64,000 nucleotides of DNA from Antedon mediterranea (lineage: Eukaryota; Animalia; Echinodermata), in assembly GCF_964355755.1 (NCBI RefSeq), contig NC_092674.1, positions 9,362,001-9,426,000 on the forward strand. The letters are read 5' to 3'. Numbering within the stretch: the first letter of the stretch is position 1; every line of letters begins with the position of its first letter. Below are positions 50,935-64,000 of this stretch, piece by piece. The position numbers and the translations under genes were made by a program. The notes under the pieces are model-generated. The model made no database searches. It was not told the origin of the DNA and saw nothing but the letters and a program-made list of their open reading frames with translations.

Positions 50935-51058
50935 AAAAAGTATGGTGAAATTACGAAATAAGACAATACATTTTCTTAAACTTGGTTTCCACTTACTTGG
51001 ACGTAAAGTAACGACGTATGCTCATGAGTTGATCAATCACAACCGACAGATTTACTAA

Positions 51059-51233
51059 AGCTTGGTTCCCACTAGGACGCAAACGTAAGGACGCAGACAA
51101 AACACCGGTTGGACAAAACGTATCGACGCAAAGTGACGACATAAGAACAAAATCGTGCGTGTCACAAGTGGATCCGAATACCGATAGAAGAGTATGTTAC
51201 GTCCTTTCGTTGCGTCCAAGTGGGAACCGAGCT
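51059..51233. mobile_element. Harbinger-like MITE family B in the 3' region of the tetraspan gene
   Basis: TAA|AGCTTGGTTCCCACTAGGACGCAA ... TTGCGTCCAAGTGGGAACCGAGCT|TTA; a related partial end lies at about 50979. Confidence 0.85.
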
Positions 51234-51955
51234 TTACGTGGTGGTAGCTTTAACCTTCTTTAAGACTGAATATGCCATAAACTCAATGGATTCCAAGCAA
51301 AACCAAATCTAGCTTTTATCTTGCAGGTGAAATTTTAACAATCCTAGCAAGTAGTGTAAAAGTATGGCTATAAACGTTGCTCGGTATAAATTCCAAAGAT
51401 TTTAGAGAAAGATTTTAAAGTATGCGCTACGGTATTGTAAACAAGCCTAAAAAGTTTAGAATTTAGATTTTAAACTTGCTCATCATTTTAGTATTTTAAA
51501 TTTATTATCATTATTACATACGTACATGTACATTAGTAAGAATAAAGGTGTAGTTGGATAGTGTACAGTGATAGGATAGTGAAGTAATATTTATTTTGTA
51601 TTTCATATAACATTATTTGAAAAATCCACGGTGCGCAGACCGAAATGCTTTTTAACATTTTCATAAACGAAATGAATATGGTAATTAATGAAGTTATAGA
51701 AATATAAAAGATTCTGGCTTATAAAGGTATGGTAAATCTTTACGTTAGCTACCCAGTAAACACATGCCTACATCTAGTTGGTAAACCAAAACGAAGAGTC
51801 TTGCCATTTTCAGTTTAGTATGGTTGTTTAACAAGCATTAATTCATAAATATTAACATTAAACTAATATGTATTTTTATTAGGCTATATACATTGAATTA
51901 TTTGAATAAAGTGATAACGATGTACGGTACTTTTATGAGTCAAGGTAATTTGTCT

Positions 51956-52178
51956 TATTTGTATTTGTATTTTGTATTTTGTATTAATATTTGTCCTCAG
52001 TGAGGAAATTCGGATTAGGCCCTCCACGGACCCACGGCAGCCAGCAGTGCAGCGCCTACCAGATTAGGCAATGAGAGTAAAGCATCTTGCCTAAGGATGC
52101 AATTAGTATGGTACAGATAACCTCGAACCCATGCCTATCACATGCTACTCCGATATTACCATTACACCATCACTCTCC
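51956..52178 (-). mobile_element. Near full-length tRNA-derived SINE
   Basis: Minus strand: A box TGGTGTAATGG, B box GGTTCGAGG, CORE-like TCCTTAGGCAAGATGCTTTAC, then a (TACAAA)n tail. Confidence 0.75.
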
Positions 52179-54144
52179 AGTATTGAATGATGCAGGATTA
52201 GCAGTATCATTAATTGACAATAAATCAATCGAGTGGCGATCAGAGTTGTCGTTTGCAACTACTGAAGTAGAATGAAAGAAAAAAGAAAGGAAGAAATAAC
52301 GACAAAAAGGAAGAAACAAAGAAACAAAGAAAAGTCAACTCAGCTGAGAAATAAACCATAACGACTCTTGTACAACTTTATAAAATTATCGGTGTATGGG
52401 CCTCTGTCAAAAAGGACTAGAATTTTGTTTTCAAACTTTTTTTTCTCGAATTTACGCGCACGCTTCTTAATAATTCAGGAGAGTGGTGGATTTTCAGATA
52501 AGTTTTCTGCCTGAAAATATCAGGTGGGTATAATATAAAGTTTGTTTTTATTATCAAGAAGAGTGAAACATTATTGCCACAGAAAAAAAGAGAGGGCGCG
52601 CGACAACATTTTTTAAAAGAAAATTTCTAATCATAACCTTTGACATATAAAAAGTGCGTATCGAATTTGTCATGTTTTTGTACGAAGAAAAATTAAAACC
52701 AAGAACAAAAGAAGATTGAAAAGTTAGTAATTGGTCATAAATTATATTTTGAAGGTGGTTTGCGAAACTGTATTAAAAGCCTATTAGAGGATTGTGTGTT
52801 GTAATAGGCCTACTTACTGCTGTGTCGCTGTATGTAGCCTAGGCTAGGCTCCTGGCCAGGCCTACCGGACTGCTGGTTTAAATTCATTGAGCATCACTCA
52901 TGACCATGTAAGCTTAAACATAGGCGCGCCTAGGCTAGGCCTATACAGTTAGTACGGGAAGTACTAGGCTAGCTAAGCTAGGCATACTAAGTACCCTATC
53001 TATGGCACCTAGGGTAGGTCGATTTAGTAAGCTAAAGCTAAGATAGGCTAGAAACGCCCTGCTATAAGTATAATAGGGCCTAGACTAGCTAGAATAGTTT
53101 TATTTAATAATAATATTAATATTGGATTTCCATTTTTTTGATGGATGGAAGTGGAAAAAAAAAGTTCTAGGCCCCCTAGGCCCTAGTGGGAACTGGACTG
53201 AAAGGTTTAGTCTATTTCTACTGTGTGATTGCTTCCAAAAAATAAATTTAAACATTCAATTAACTAGCTAGAAACAATGCCTAGGCCTAGCCTATTTGTA
53301 GGCCTAGAATATTCCACAGCGTACCACGTGTTAAATCTATACCCTTAACTAATAAACAGCATTGCCGCCTGGACCAACTTATAATAATGGAGCTACTTGA
53401 AATTAAATTTAAGTAAGTGGCATAAGTATACTACAAATGTCTTACTATGCATAAGATTTAGCGCTACTTTTAGGTGCTAATGTACTGTAGAGTAGTTTAA
53501 TTTTAAAATAGTTTATAAATTAAATCATCCAAATACAGACCTTTCCTGATTTCCCGATATTAATTAAATTTTCCCCTGATATTTTAGATAAACAAAAAAA
53601 TATTCCGATATTTATAATTTCTATTACTCTAGATAAAGAATATTTAAAATTTATATAATAAATTCATGTATTGTTTAGTTAATGAATGAAACACTGCATA
53701 TAAAATGGCATAGTTTCGACTTTTGGCACACCTGACATACTAAAAATACCAAGACTTTTAAACTTTTAATAGTAGTGCCTTCTATAAATCTATGGTTTGA
53801 TATATTTTTCAAAATATTATAGCACCCTCTATAGTTTGGACATGATTTCATAAAACCTCTCAAAATTTCATTTTTCAAAGTTGGGAGGTCTGTCCATATC
53901 AGCAAGGTTTTAATATTATGAATATGAAATTAGTATAAAGTAAGCAAACTCCAAAAGTTTGAATAGTTCTAGTGTAACAGTAGGTCTAGGTAGATACTGC
54001 AGTAATATTACTGATACATGATGAAATAAAATTACAGTAAAATTAGTAAGAACCACTACTACTAGGCCTACAAGGAAGGTACAGGTATTATATAATTATT
54101 GTTATATTTATTTTATTCAGCAAATAGAAAACAGGACATTAAAT

Positions 54145-55062
54145 ATGGATGGAATTCTAAGAGGATTGATGGTTTCGAACCACAAAGAAGGTTTAAAGAA
54201 AGGACTTTTAACTAAACTTTGCACCAACCCTGGAAAGGTTGGCTCATTAGAAGAACTAATGCGCATCTACAAAACAGCAATGGCTTGGATTGTCTATAGC
54301 GAGTCAGACTTTGAGGAAGAAATGGGAACAATGGTGCTTAAAGCTTGGGGCAAGCAGAATCAGTTAGCATTTAGGGACTTCTTATTTCAATACTGCCACA
54401 CTATTGACTTGGATGACTTTGTAGAGATTGATAAAACTATCAATTTTATTCATATATGTTTACGTACTATGGATGATAAACGACCTTTCCATGGCATTAT
54501 ACAAGAGAATGCCATTGCACTTGCAAGAGATAAAGCACCATTAAGTTCTTTAGCTGCTCTGAGTCGACTCCTTGTCGATATTCCAGAGTGTATTCCAAAA
54601 GCAGACAAGATGAAGGGTTTATGTATAATGTTGATAAAATGTGTTAATAGAGAAAGAATCACTCGATCAGATGTTAAAAAGCAGAAGGACGTTGAAGCAA
54701 TCAGTGCACTTCTACATTACATTTGGCATAATAACATCACCATAACGGTCATCCCGTCTCTGATGGAAGCATTTAAAACGATCTCTTCTGTAGATCGCAA
54801 TGTTCCTACTCCTTCAATTGCCATCGGTGCTCTTGTACAAAGAGTACCAGTAGCAATCATCAAAAAGATTACGAAGGATGCCGCCTTCGATCAGTCCATA
54901 CCGGATGTGAATATGACGGCGGCATTGGCTCGTATGATTGATTGGCTAGAATGGCCTGGTGTAAAGAACATTCATTTGTGGATCGTTGCATTCCTGAAGA
55001 ACTTAGCGGCAGCAAAGAAGTACTCCATTTTGATTAAAGTATCCTGTGAATCCATCGTACAG
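54145..55062 (+). CDS. USP38: Ubiquitin carboxyl-terminal hydrolase 38/35-like, coding exon 1
   Basis: The MDGILRGLMVSNH start and ALARMIDWLEWP..NIHLWIVAFLKNLAAAKKYSILI match the USP35/38 N-terminal helical domain. Donor CAG|GTTTGT; an acceptor at 54120 implies an upstream non-coding exon. Confidence 0.9.
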
Positions 55063-55279
55063 GTTTGTAACTCACTCATTATAGAGCTTTTGATTTTTGA
55101 TGACCTAGGAACTGGTTATTTCATGTTAATACATTGTGCCATGTTAGGAGATAATCATGTGCCTCCTCAACAGTTTGTAGGTCGTCGAAAGCTACTGATT
55201 TCCTTGCACATATATGCACTCTCATGTAACTTGGGCCTAAATCAACTTAGCATGGCTACCACTTTCTCTATTTCTGTAG

Positions 55280-55381
55280 GTATTCAAAATGCTGAGATAT
55301 ACTGATGTACGTGAAAGTTCATTGGCTGTTTTGAGACACATGTTACTAAGCTTTCAACACCAACCGACAGCTTTTCATAAA
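55280..55381 (+). CDS. USP38: USP38-like exon 2 (VFKMLRY...LAVLRHMLLSFQHQPTAFHK)
   Basis: AG/GTAAGT boundaries, phase 0; HMLLSFQH motif. Confidence 0.9.
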
Positions 55382-55597
55382 GTAAGTGAACAATTAAGAT
55401 TCATGCCAACTTCTAAACTGAAGTAAGATGAGACCATTTATTCCAAACCAGTGTACAGTCTGTGAACCAATTGGTGTCAGCACAAATTTTGGGTCCTAGC
55501 TATCTCTGACTCGGCTGATCTCATATCCTGAGACTGTAGTCTGGATTTTTAAAGGCAGAAAAATCGTCACAAGAACCATGTCATTTATCTCTCTTAG

Positions 55598-55756
55598 ATT
55601 GTAGATCTTGTGCCAGATTTGGTAAAATCATGGAGAGATTTGGGATTAGATGAGAATCATGAGCATCTAAAGAAGCTGGCTGAGTTGATCTACTGTCAGA
55701 TGTATCAGCATGCTGGCTATCCTGAGCTTTATCAGCCACTTCTAGATGTCTTTCAG
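55598..55756 (+). CDS. USP38: USP38-like exon 3 (IVDLVPDL...LAELIYCQMYQHAGYPELYQPLLDVFQ)
   Basis: AG/GT boundaries, 159 bp, phase 0. Confidence 0.9.
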
Positions 55757-56223
55757 GTATATTGTTTGAAGGATACTATAGTATAACAAAACTTTTGGAG
55801 AAATTCATTCATATTTTAACAAACTAAATCCAACTCAAATATCTGAATTTTCTAGATCTATCAACATCCAGGTTAAGAAAAATTCAGTTACAGTAGGCAC
55901 CTTCTGGACCCAGCATAGTATCTCCTAAATAGGGATCACCTGTAAATAGGGGTTGCCTGTAGTGATATCGCATACCATAGATATGAAAAAATACAACACA
56001 AGATCAAAAAGTGATAAAATACAGTCAATGTTATATATCAACATGTTTTGTTTTGACAGTGGTCAGATTTATCTTCTCAACTTTGTCAATGATTTTGCTT
56101 AAGTCTGTTTTAAATTAAGTAATTACTTTATAAGTTTCTTGACTTAAAAGCAAAAAGATTGATGAATACCAGCCAAACTATTAAACATTTTTATTTAACA
56201 TGTTTTGTTTTGTCAATTTGTAG

Positions 56224-56414
56224 GACATTCCACAGCCAACAGAGGAATCCATGAAGCAGATGCTCCATAAAAGTGCTTGGACTTGTAAAGACTCATACAG
56301 CGATGGCAGGGAGACATCTGCAGCCAAGTCTGAAACTGGAAAAACAGGTTTAGTTAATCTAGGAAACACATGTTACCTCAACAGCATTGTGCAAGCTCTG
56401 TACATGACCAATGG
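56224..56414 (+). CDS. USP38: USP38-like exon 4 with the catalytic Cys box (KSETGKTGLVNLGNTCYLNSIVQAL)
   Basis: Canonical USP Cys box; AG/GTAAGT boundaries, phase 0 to 2. Confidence 0.95.
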
Positions 56415-56597
56415 GTAAGTGTAATAGCTGAGTTGTTAAGGCAGGGGCGACGTTTACCATACCCAAAGAGCCAACAATATCGGCATGTGCTTGAAAACGA
56501 CTTGTTCCTAGTTCGGGTGCTGGAATAATGTCTGTAAAAGTCTTTATTCCATTTAATTTGTCTCACTGTTTTTTCAATGTTATTCCTTTATTTCTAG

Positions 56598-56691
56598 ATT
56601 TTCAGATGATATACTTTATAAGGATACAGTGACATCTCAGAAAATACGCACTGAGATACGAAAGTTATTTGCATTCATGAAACATTCTAAT
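56598..56691 (+). CDS. USP38: USP38-like exon 5 (FSDDILYK...LFAFMKHSN)
   Basis: AG/GTGAGT boundaries, phase 2 to 0. Confidence 0.85.
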
Positions 56692-57261
56692 GTGAGTTGT
56701 ATTAACTTTATTTAATATTAAAAGGAAAAAAAATACCATATTCAGACTTAGGTGTTTTAAATGTCATAATGTTGCTGATGATTTTGCTTCCAGATACAGT
56801 ACAGTATCACTTCTAGTAAGACCAAAGAAATTGTCCACTTTTAATAATAGGGGTGTTCCCGATTACAAGTTGGTTAAGTTAAAAACATGTATTGCTCCTC
56901 ATTCGTTTTACCGGAAAGGATCCCCTTAATAGAGGTTTCCCCTGTATAGAAGTGCCCCAAAGGAAGGGTTCTCATTCATCTTTTATTTCGGAAAAAAAAA
57001 AATTCTCCATAGCTCAGTAACAAATTAGTGTACATTATTATAAATATAACAAATATATATAGATATATAAAAAAAAAAACCTACGCCCATAGTCACGTGG
57101 TTAGAACAATAGCTTCATCCATCTACCATGTAGATTGGATGAAGGAAAAGCAAATTCATAAATTTCATAAAGGTCTATTGTATTCAGTATCATTTTATCT
57201 CAGGTTGGCCAGAATTCAGTTCAATGTTATATGTTTATTATTCTATTATTTATTTTTCTAG

Positions 57262-58563
57262 AGGGCAGCATTTGAACCAAAGAAGTTTGTTGAGGTTGCT
57301 AGGCCCCCATGGTTTACATTAAGAGCTCAACAAGACTGCTCTGAATTCCTTAAGTATCTGCTAGATCGTCTTGATGAAGAAGATAAAACATTGCATAAGC
57401 TTCCACAATGTACCAAGGCTGCCACCACTGAAATGAACTTAAGAAAAAACTCCTCAAATAGTGGAAGTAAAACAAAAACGAACGATAAACAATCTGTTGG
57501 TAAACAAAAGAAAAGAACTGTTACTGAAAAGTACTTCAGTGGCGAGTCCTTGACAAGGATACGTTGTTTAAATTGTAATCATGAATCTATGAGGACAGAG
57601 ATATTTTATGATCTACCATTAGCGTTTCCAGATTCAGGAGACAGCAAAAGCATGCTTGGTGGTGATCCTAACTCGGCTCGCAATCCAAGCAACCATAATC
57701 CGGAAAGAGACAGCCCCGAAGGTGGGCCATCATCGAGTTCGGATGCAGTTCCAAAGCTTATCGGTCCAGTGAATTGGCGACATGATAGGTTTACTCAGAG
57801 TGCAATACCTGAGAGTAGAGTGGAAGGTGAAACACGAACAGGGCCAACACCTTGGCACGATTCGGATGACAGTAACAAAGAGGTTCACATTGAAGAAATG
57901 CTTGAACACTATATATCACCAGAACTGATGGAAGGAGATAACAAATATAACTGTGAAAACTGCCTTAAGTTACAAGATGCAGAAAAAACTCTTGAAATAA
58001 CACAATCACCTCAAGTTTTAATTCTAACGCTTATGCGATTTGCTTACGATGTTAAAACTTGTGTTCGAAGAAAGATATTAACCGATGTAAAGTACCCGCA
58101 GGTTTTGGAATTACCGTTGACTCACACAAAAGACGGAAAGAAAAGACCTGCAGAGACGGATCTTGCTGAAAGTGCAGATGCTCCTGATAATAAACGCAGC
58201 CGACATAATGGCAAGTATAGAAGAACAGATCCATCAAGGACATCGCAAAAATACACTTTATCTGCTGTTGTCTTTCATTCTGGGTCATCATCAGAAAGTG
58301 GTCATTATTTTTGTTACGCAAGAAATTTGAACGGTCAAAAAGAAGGTTCCTGGCATAGCTTTAATGACTGTCGTGTGACACGTTCGAGTTATGAAAGTTT
58401 TAGTAAAGTCATGAAACATTTTAACCGTGATTCTGCATATGTTTTGTTTTATAAGCGTTCAGATGATAGCGTAGATGGTGATAGTGAGGCTGCGGCTCTT
58501 GTGCGTGCGTTACCTAGCCATTTGAAGGAGTTGGTTGAAGCAGACAACATGAAGTTTTTAAAG
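57262..58563 (+). CDS. USP38: USP38-like exon 6: QQDCSEF box, two CxxC pairs, His box (HSGSSSESGHY...FND)
   Basis: ARPPWFTLRAQQDCSEFLKYLLDRL and the USP His/Asp motifs; AG/GTACTG boundaries, phase 0. Confidence 0.95.
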
Positions 58564-58839
58564 GTACTGAAATTATTTTTTTTCTCTATTGAATGTTGAA
58601 TGTTAATCATCTGAAAATACAAGCAAATTACAATATGATATAAATAATAACAATGTAATTATAATATGATAACAAAAAAAACTACTATTGAACGATCATG
58701 CAATACGTACTATTGCTGCCATGTGACAGGAACTTGTTTAGTTGTGTTATAATGACAATTATTTGAGTTGAAAATAAGTAAACAATTGTAGATCATAGGT
58801 CATCAAATATATATCAATCGTTTCTTTTTTTTTTAACAG

Positions 58840-59007
58840 GAGCAAGAAGCAGCTGCAAAAAGAAATCAGAAGCGGGTGAGCTATAGTACAGAGAATATTA
58901 GTTACCACCGACCAGAAGATTCAGATGACAGAGATGGTCCTTCTCAGGGTTTCGGAGGTGGAGGAGGAGGGGGTTTCAACACTCATGTCAATAGATTTGT
59001 TTGCTAA
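58840..59007 (+). CDS. USP38: USP38-like terminal exon (EQEAAAK...GGGGGGFNTHVNRFVC*)
   Basis: The Gly-rich GGGGGGFN..RxV C-terminus is characteristic of USP38/35; the joined CDS is 2934 nt (977 aa). Confidence 0.9.
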   Translation, partial: EQEAAAKRNQKRVSYSTENISYHRPEDSDDRDGPSQGFGGGGGGGFNTHVNRFVC

Positions 59008-62000
59008 CTTTGGTACAAACTTGTACTATTTGTCTAAAGTTAATTTTTATAGTGAAAAAAGTGTGGTGTTGTCCCTTCTTTAAAACCTACATCTATATCC
59101 CCTTCTGCCTTTACCCACTCCACACCCACTCATTGTAACCATATAGATATATACATGTAGTAAAAGCTGAGCCTTTAATTCATTCACTCATTTCAAAATC
59201 GATATTAAACACTTATTCATTTCTATGTTGTAGTGATGTCAATAATATCTCAGTGTTATATATATTTAGATACTAACAGAGTAATTGTCATTCATATCAT
59301 TATTGTATGATCTTTTTAATCTGCAGAACAAAGAAATTATTTTCACCTATATTTTTAGAGAAGACTCCCTATGTCTGTTTTTATTTGATACCAAAATTAT
59401 ATAATACAATATTACTGTATTACAGAAACATAAAAGGGAAATCATGACCCATGATATCTATCTTCGATAGGGTTTATTCTCGTAAGCAAGCCACTACCAT
59501 GAAAAACCTGAGAAAACAGGCATTTCACTGTATGAGACTATACAGAGTAGAGTGCCATATGAATTGTGAATCCAGAAATTTAAAAATGATATTGTACTTA
59601 TTTGTCTCTAAAAGAAATATCCTAAATCTTTTATTTGGTTATAAACCTTTTATTCTTTAAATTAGTAAAAAAAGTGATATTTTATTAAATTTTAGGTGTT
59701 GAATAATACAGGAATGGTAAATATATGTTCAACTAAATGCAGGGTTTATCCACCTTTTGAAAATGTAAACTGAAATGGGATGTTAAGAGAAAATGGTTTT
59801 GATATAGATTTAATATTTTTAAAATGTACTTTAATTTAAATATAATACTGTTAATTTTTTGTATTGTTAATGTGTACCACCATATTGATTCGATGTATTG
59901 TAAATACCTCCGCACTAAACCTCAAATAAAAGTATCGGTTGTAAAGTGAATTTATGATGAGTTTTACATAGAAATGTGGATGGATTTTGGTTGATGGTTT
60001 ATCAGTAATTCCTTATGTGCATCTTTCGTTCTTTTGTCTTTCTGCGAATTTGAGATGTATGTGCTTTAAGGCATATCATTTCAAGATTTCAAAAACCTGT
60101 GGAGGCGGCTTCAATCGAGGATGTGAGCCCTCTATTGAATATACTACAGCAGTGTAACGTCTATACTATTATACCATTTTGTACTTGGGAACTATAGATC
60201 ATTAATTCTAGTATATTCAATGCTGACTGATTTGACATAGTGGCCCCATCTTGAGGGTAGCATTTATGCTAGGCATAATTTTGAAAAATCTAGCATAATC
60301 TGGCATAATTCCGGGAAAACCAATTATGAAGCAGTTAATTAAGCATTTTTTCTGCAAAAAAGTTCACATGAAAACATGAGATGATGCTATTTCCATATCT
60401 TGACCGAGATGAGTTCAAACCTGCTCTCCTTTCTTACAATTCCATTTGTTGCATATAATATTTATACGGCAATTCCATATATAGCAATTATTCTATGGAT
60501 TCTATGTAAATTGCAATATACTGTATTGAATCAACCATTCCAACATCCTAGATCTGTAAACCCTACTGGTATTATTTGGAGGTAAAAAACTACAACCAGT
60601 TTGGCCTATGGTTTTACACTTCTCATTCGAACTGCTTTGGTAAGTTCTTCACAACTGTAACCGTTAATCAGAATTAAATATGAAAAACAAATAGTACTTT
60701 TAACTGTGAACTTGCTAAAATCATGTGATTTAAATTTATTTCAGGACATGTGTTTGAAATTGTGTAAATAGGCCATTTAATTCTTTAGAAGTCGGCTATC
60801 CTGGCTCGTAATTGATTATTTTTCAATGTTCTGAATGCAGAAAAATAGTGAAAGTCTCGCCAGGAGAGTGGGAAACAAATGCCTTCAATAAGATGTCTTG
60901 AAAAATATATTCAGCGTACATTGTGTTCGAATTAAAACTTCCCTGGAAATTATATATTCATGAAATTCAAATAAAGGCATTAATGCTGACCTGGATATAG
61001 AGGCACCTCTTGCAACCTAATTAAATGACCTGGGAGTCCTACAACAGAACAATGCAGTAAGTACAAGACTATACAGTTGATAAGGTATAAGTGTAATTAT
61101 AAAATGATATTCGTAAACACTATATACAGTATATTAACATAGTTTTGTTCTTTAGTAGATGTTTAGATGCTAAGGTTGTGCAGATGCTACACAGAGAGTT
61201 CATATGGGGTGAGTTGAGTGTGTTTTTGTCTCGCTTACCCCTTTCACATTGCATAGCTCTGCAGTTTGCACCCACAATGAAGCTAATTCTGAGTTCAGGG
61301 GTACACCAGGGACACATAGTGAAATGTACAACTCTAAATGGTGGAGTTGGTTTAGGGGTCAGAAGGTTACCCTCACCCGAATATTTATTTAATTGTATTT
61401 ATCATCCATAGTGACAGACAGCCTTTTTTATTTCAAAACTATGGTGTTGCAGGATTGTTATGAAGGGGATCTCTCCAGAGTTTCGTGGGTGTTTCTTCAT
61501 AGTTTATTCACGGTGTAAAGTGAGAGAGGTATACAATTACACGATTCACACACAACAAAAATGTGGAAAAATGTGACAAAAAAAGTTAACATGGTCCTTG
61601 GATATCTTCTGAGATGCTTTAATCTTAATGCTAAGATACAATACAATGCATTCACATGCTAGGCTAATGTAATTCTTTTGTTGTATTGTGTAAACCTTTA
61701 TTTATAAAAAACCAAACTAATATATTAAGGTTGATATTATGATTCCTTTGTTGTGTTGTTTAAAAACCTTGTGATAGGCATCTGCTATAATTATAAATAA
61801 ATTGTACAATATGGTATTAAAGAAATAATATTTGGTAGGTATACAGTGGATAATGTTTGCTATAGCATGAAAATAAAAGTTTAATAAACACACCAGAAAT
61901 GTAAAAATGTAAAATTCATTTACCTAATTTAGTAATCTGATAAATTGTTTTCTATTTATGTACAGGATTTTACTGTGTAATGTAATTAGAACTATTCCCC

Positions 62001-63692
62001 CACCCACACCCCCCCCCCCCCACTGATAAGAAAATGCTTATTTTCAACAAAATCATGTAGTAAAAAAATGTATAAAAGTATGAAACATAGAAGAAATTTT
62101 CGATTGATAATCATTAGAATGTAATGTATGATCAATAGGCATTTTTGCTCGCACCTGGCCTTTAAATTCTGCTTTATGGTATCCTTATACCGTACCTGAA
62201 ATTTGCCTTCCTATGTTTATAAAGGAATGAAATAATTCCTAAATCCAAGTCTCCCCTCCCCCACCCTCAATTGGCCCCAAAAAACAAATTACCGCTTAAT
62301 AATTTCTAAACGTAACCTAGTGTTTTTGTTTTTTGATACGCTAATTACTTTTAATTTAGAAATGTTAAACAAGTACAATGCCCTTATAAGTACATTCAAT
62401 AATCATGCTTTTTACTTCAGTTTTAAACGTATTAATAGTGATTAGATAGTAAAAGCATAACTCCCAAGAGTAAACAGCGGAAATGTATAGTTAAGAGAAT
62501 TAATGCAAGAGTGTGTATTGATTCCGCGCACTCTGTGTTCAATACAATTGAATAATAAGATTATAGATGTTAAAGTCTATGAGTAGCAATATCTAAATTC
62601 AACGAAACAAATATGCCGTGACAGCTAGGGGGTATAGGCAGATCAAATGTTTTGTTTCTGCAACTTTGTTGGACTAGCTGAGTGTAATGCAGTTATTATA
62701 ATAAGCTCCTGCTCCAGGTGTCTCAACAAATCCATAAAGTGATTGTAAATATTATTGTGAAATATACTATTCTCTATATAAACAAACAACACAATATTAC
62801 ATTAGGATTGTAGTATATTAAAATATGCATTGTAACAAATAAAAACATTTTTTGTTACGGGTGTTGGAGTGCAGGGTGTGGGTGTCTTTTTACTTTTTAA
62901 GCAGCAATTTCCTATGATTTGGGTTAGCCATGTTCTTTCAGAATCATTATACCCTGTGATAGAGAGGGGTTTTTTTCTAATCACTGCCTGGTGTTTTCTC
63001 CACCACCCCCTTCCCTCGATAAAATTTCAACCTAAATATTTATATATAGTATGTAACTTAACAGTACTGTAATTGTTCGTAATATGGATAAAAAAATGTC
63101 AAAAACCTAAAATTATAATATCAGACCAACCTTTCTTGTTTGATATATCACATTATATTACATAACTTAACATTTACGAACTATTATTAAAAGTAGTGAG
63201 AGTGGCAGTACCATTTGAATATTGGATATTAAGTGATCAATTCGGTTAATGCAAATTAAAAGCTTTGATAACGGATGGAATTTTGGAAAGTGCATGAAAT
63301 GAAATAGGTCTCGGTTGGGCTATTATATAACTAACCACCCTTAATCTTCCCACTTATGGATTTCCTATTTCTAATGGTTGAGAATTCCTTTGCTATGTTA
63401 CTAAACCTGTAATGCACTTAAATGAATAGTTTGTGGATATCAATTTAACATTGTGCTTTTATCTTTTATACCGAGCAAAATGCACTGTTAAGATATTCAC
63501 GTATATGTATTAAGTAAAGGAAGGATTTTTTAAACTAGTGTCAAAGATACTGTTGATATCAAAAAGTATAGTTTAATAATAATTTCATTTTAACTGTCAA
63601 TATGGCTAATAAACACTAGTAATTAGTTTGGTTTGCGTTTCACCATGTGATTCCAAAAGTAAACAAATCCAACGGGACCTACTGTAGCTTGA

Positions 63693-64000
63693 AGACCCAT
63701 TCCTACAATTTGTGACAATTTGTATCTAAATAATGCATATATATTACTTTAAAAACATTAAACCAGGTCATTCCTTGTCTTTAATGTACGTTTTATGGTA
63801 AATTAAGATAAAAAGAGATAAACAATGCACTACTTAAGTAGCTCGCTGTGAATGTCCTCTCGTTGGCCGTCTTTAGGCCTAGCCTTTTGGCCTCATGCTC
63901 GACTGAAAAGTGGGTGAATTACAAAAGAAAAACAAAAATATCAATCCGCATGCAATGCATGTTGGGATTTATAACGGGCCGCTAAAATAATTAGAATCGC
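63693..64000. mobile_element. Second copy of the Kolobok-like element (internally deleted, truncated by the window end)
   Basis: Colinear similarity to 34466-34960 (CTTTAAAAACATTAAACCA.GTCATTCC...AAGTAGCTCGC...GGGCCGCTA), with about 190 bp missing. Confidence 0.85.

Noticed and set aside
55063-55305. C-terminal 80 aa of the 386-aa ORF, and the tail of the 402-aa ORF after 58563
   Set aside because: Read-through into introns past canonical donors; USP38 similarity resumes only in the next exons.
59400-63600. Short ORFs downstream of USP38
   Set aside because: AT-rich, with no consistent exon chain or recognisable domain.

Overview
AT-rich, intron-containing eukaryotic DNA from an invertebrate animal (a marine deuterostome such as an echinoderm is plausible but not established). 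Three protein-coding genes can be reconstructed by reading splice sites. (1) A Mastermind-like Notch coactivator on the minus strand has two coding exons (40411-40091 and 7045-4583, about 927 aa) separated by a 33-kb intron. (2) A 7-exon, four-transmembrane LAPTM/DUF7027-like gene on the plus strand (43293-50934, about 358 aa) lies head-to-head with it, is almost invisible in the ORF track, and ends in a PPxY motif and a PDZ-binding motif. (3) A 7-coding-exon USP38/USP35-type deubiquitinase is on the plus strand (54145-59007, about 977 aa). Non-coding DNA is rich in non-autonomous DNA transposons (Tc1/mariner-pogo-like, Harbinger-like, Kolobok-like, IS3EU-like foldback), tRNA- and 5S-derived SINEs and minisatellites. 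It also shows a strong excess of TACAGTA/TACTGTA and TAGGCCTA words that look like transposon excision scars. I found no CRISPR array, intact transposase or intact tRNA/rRNA gene.
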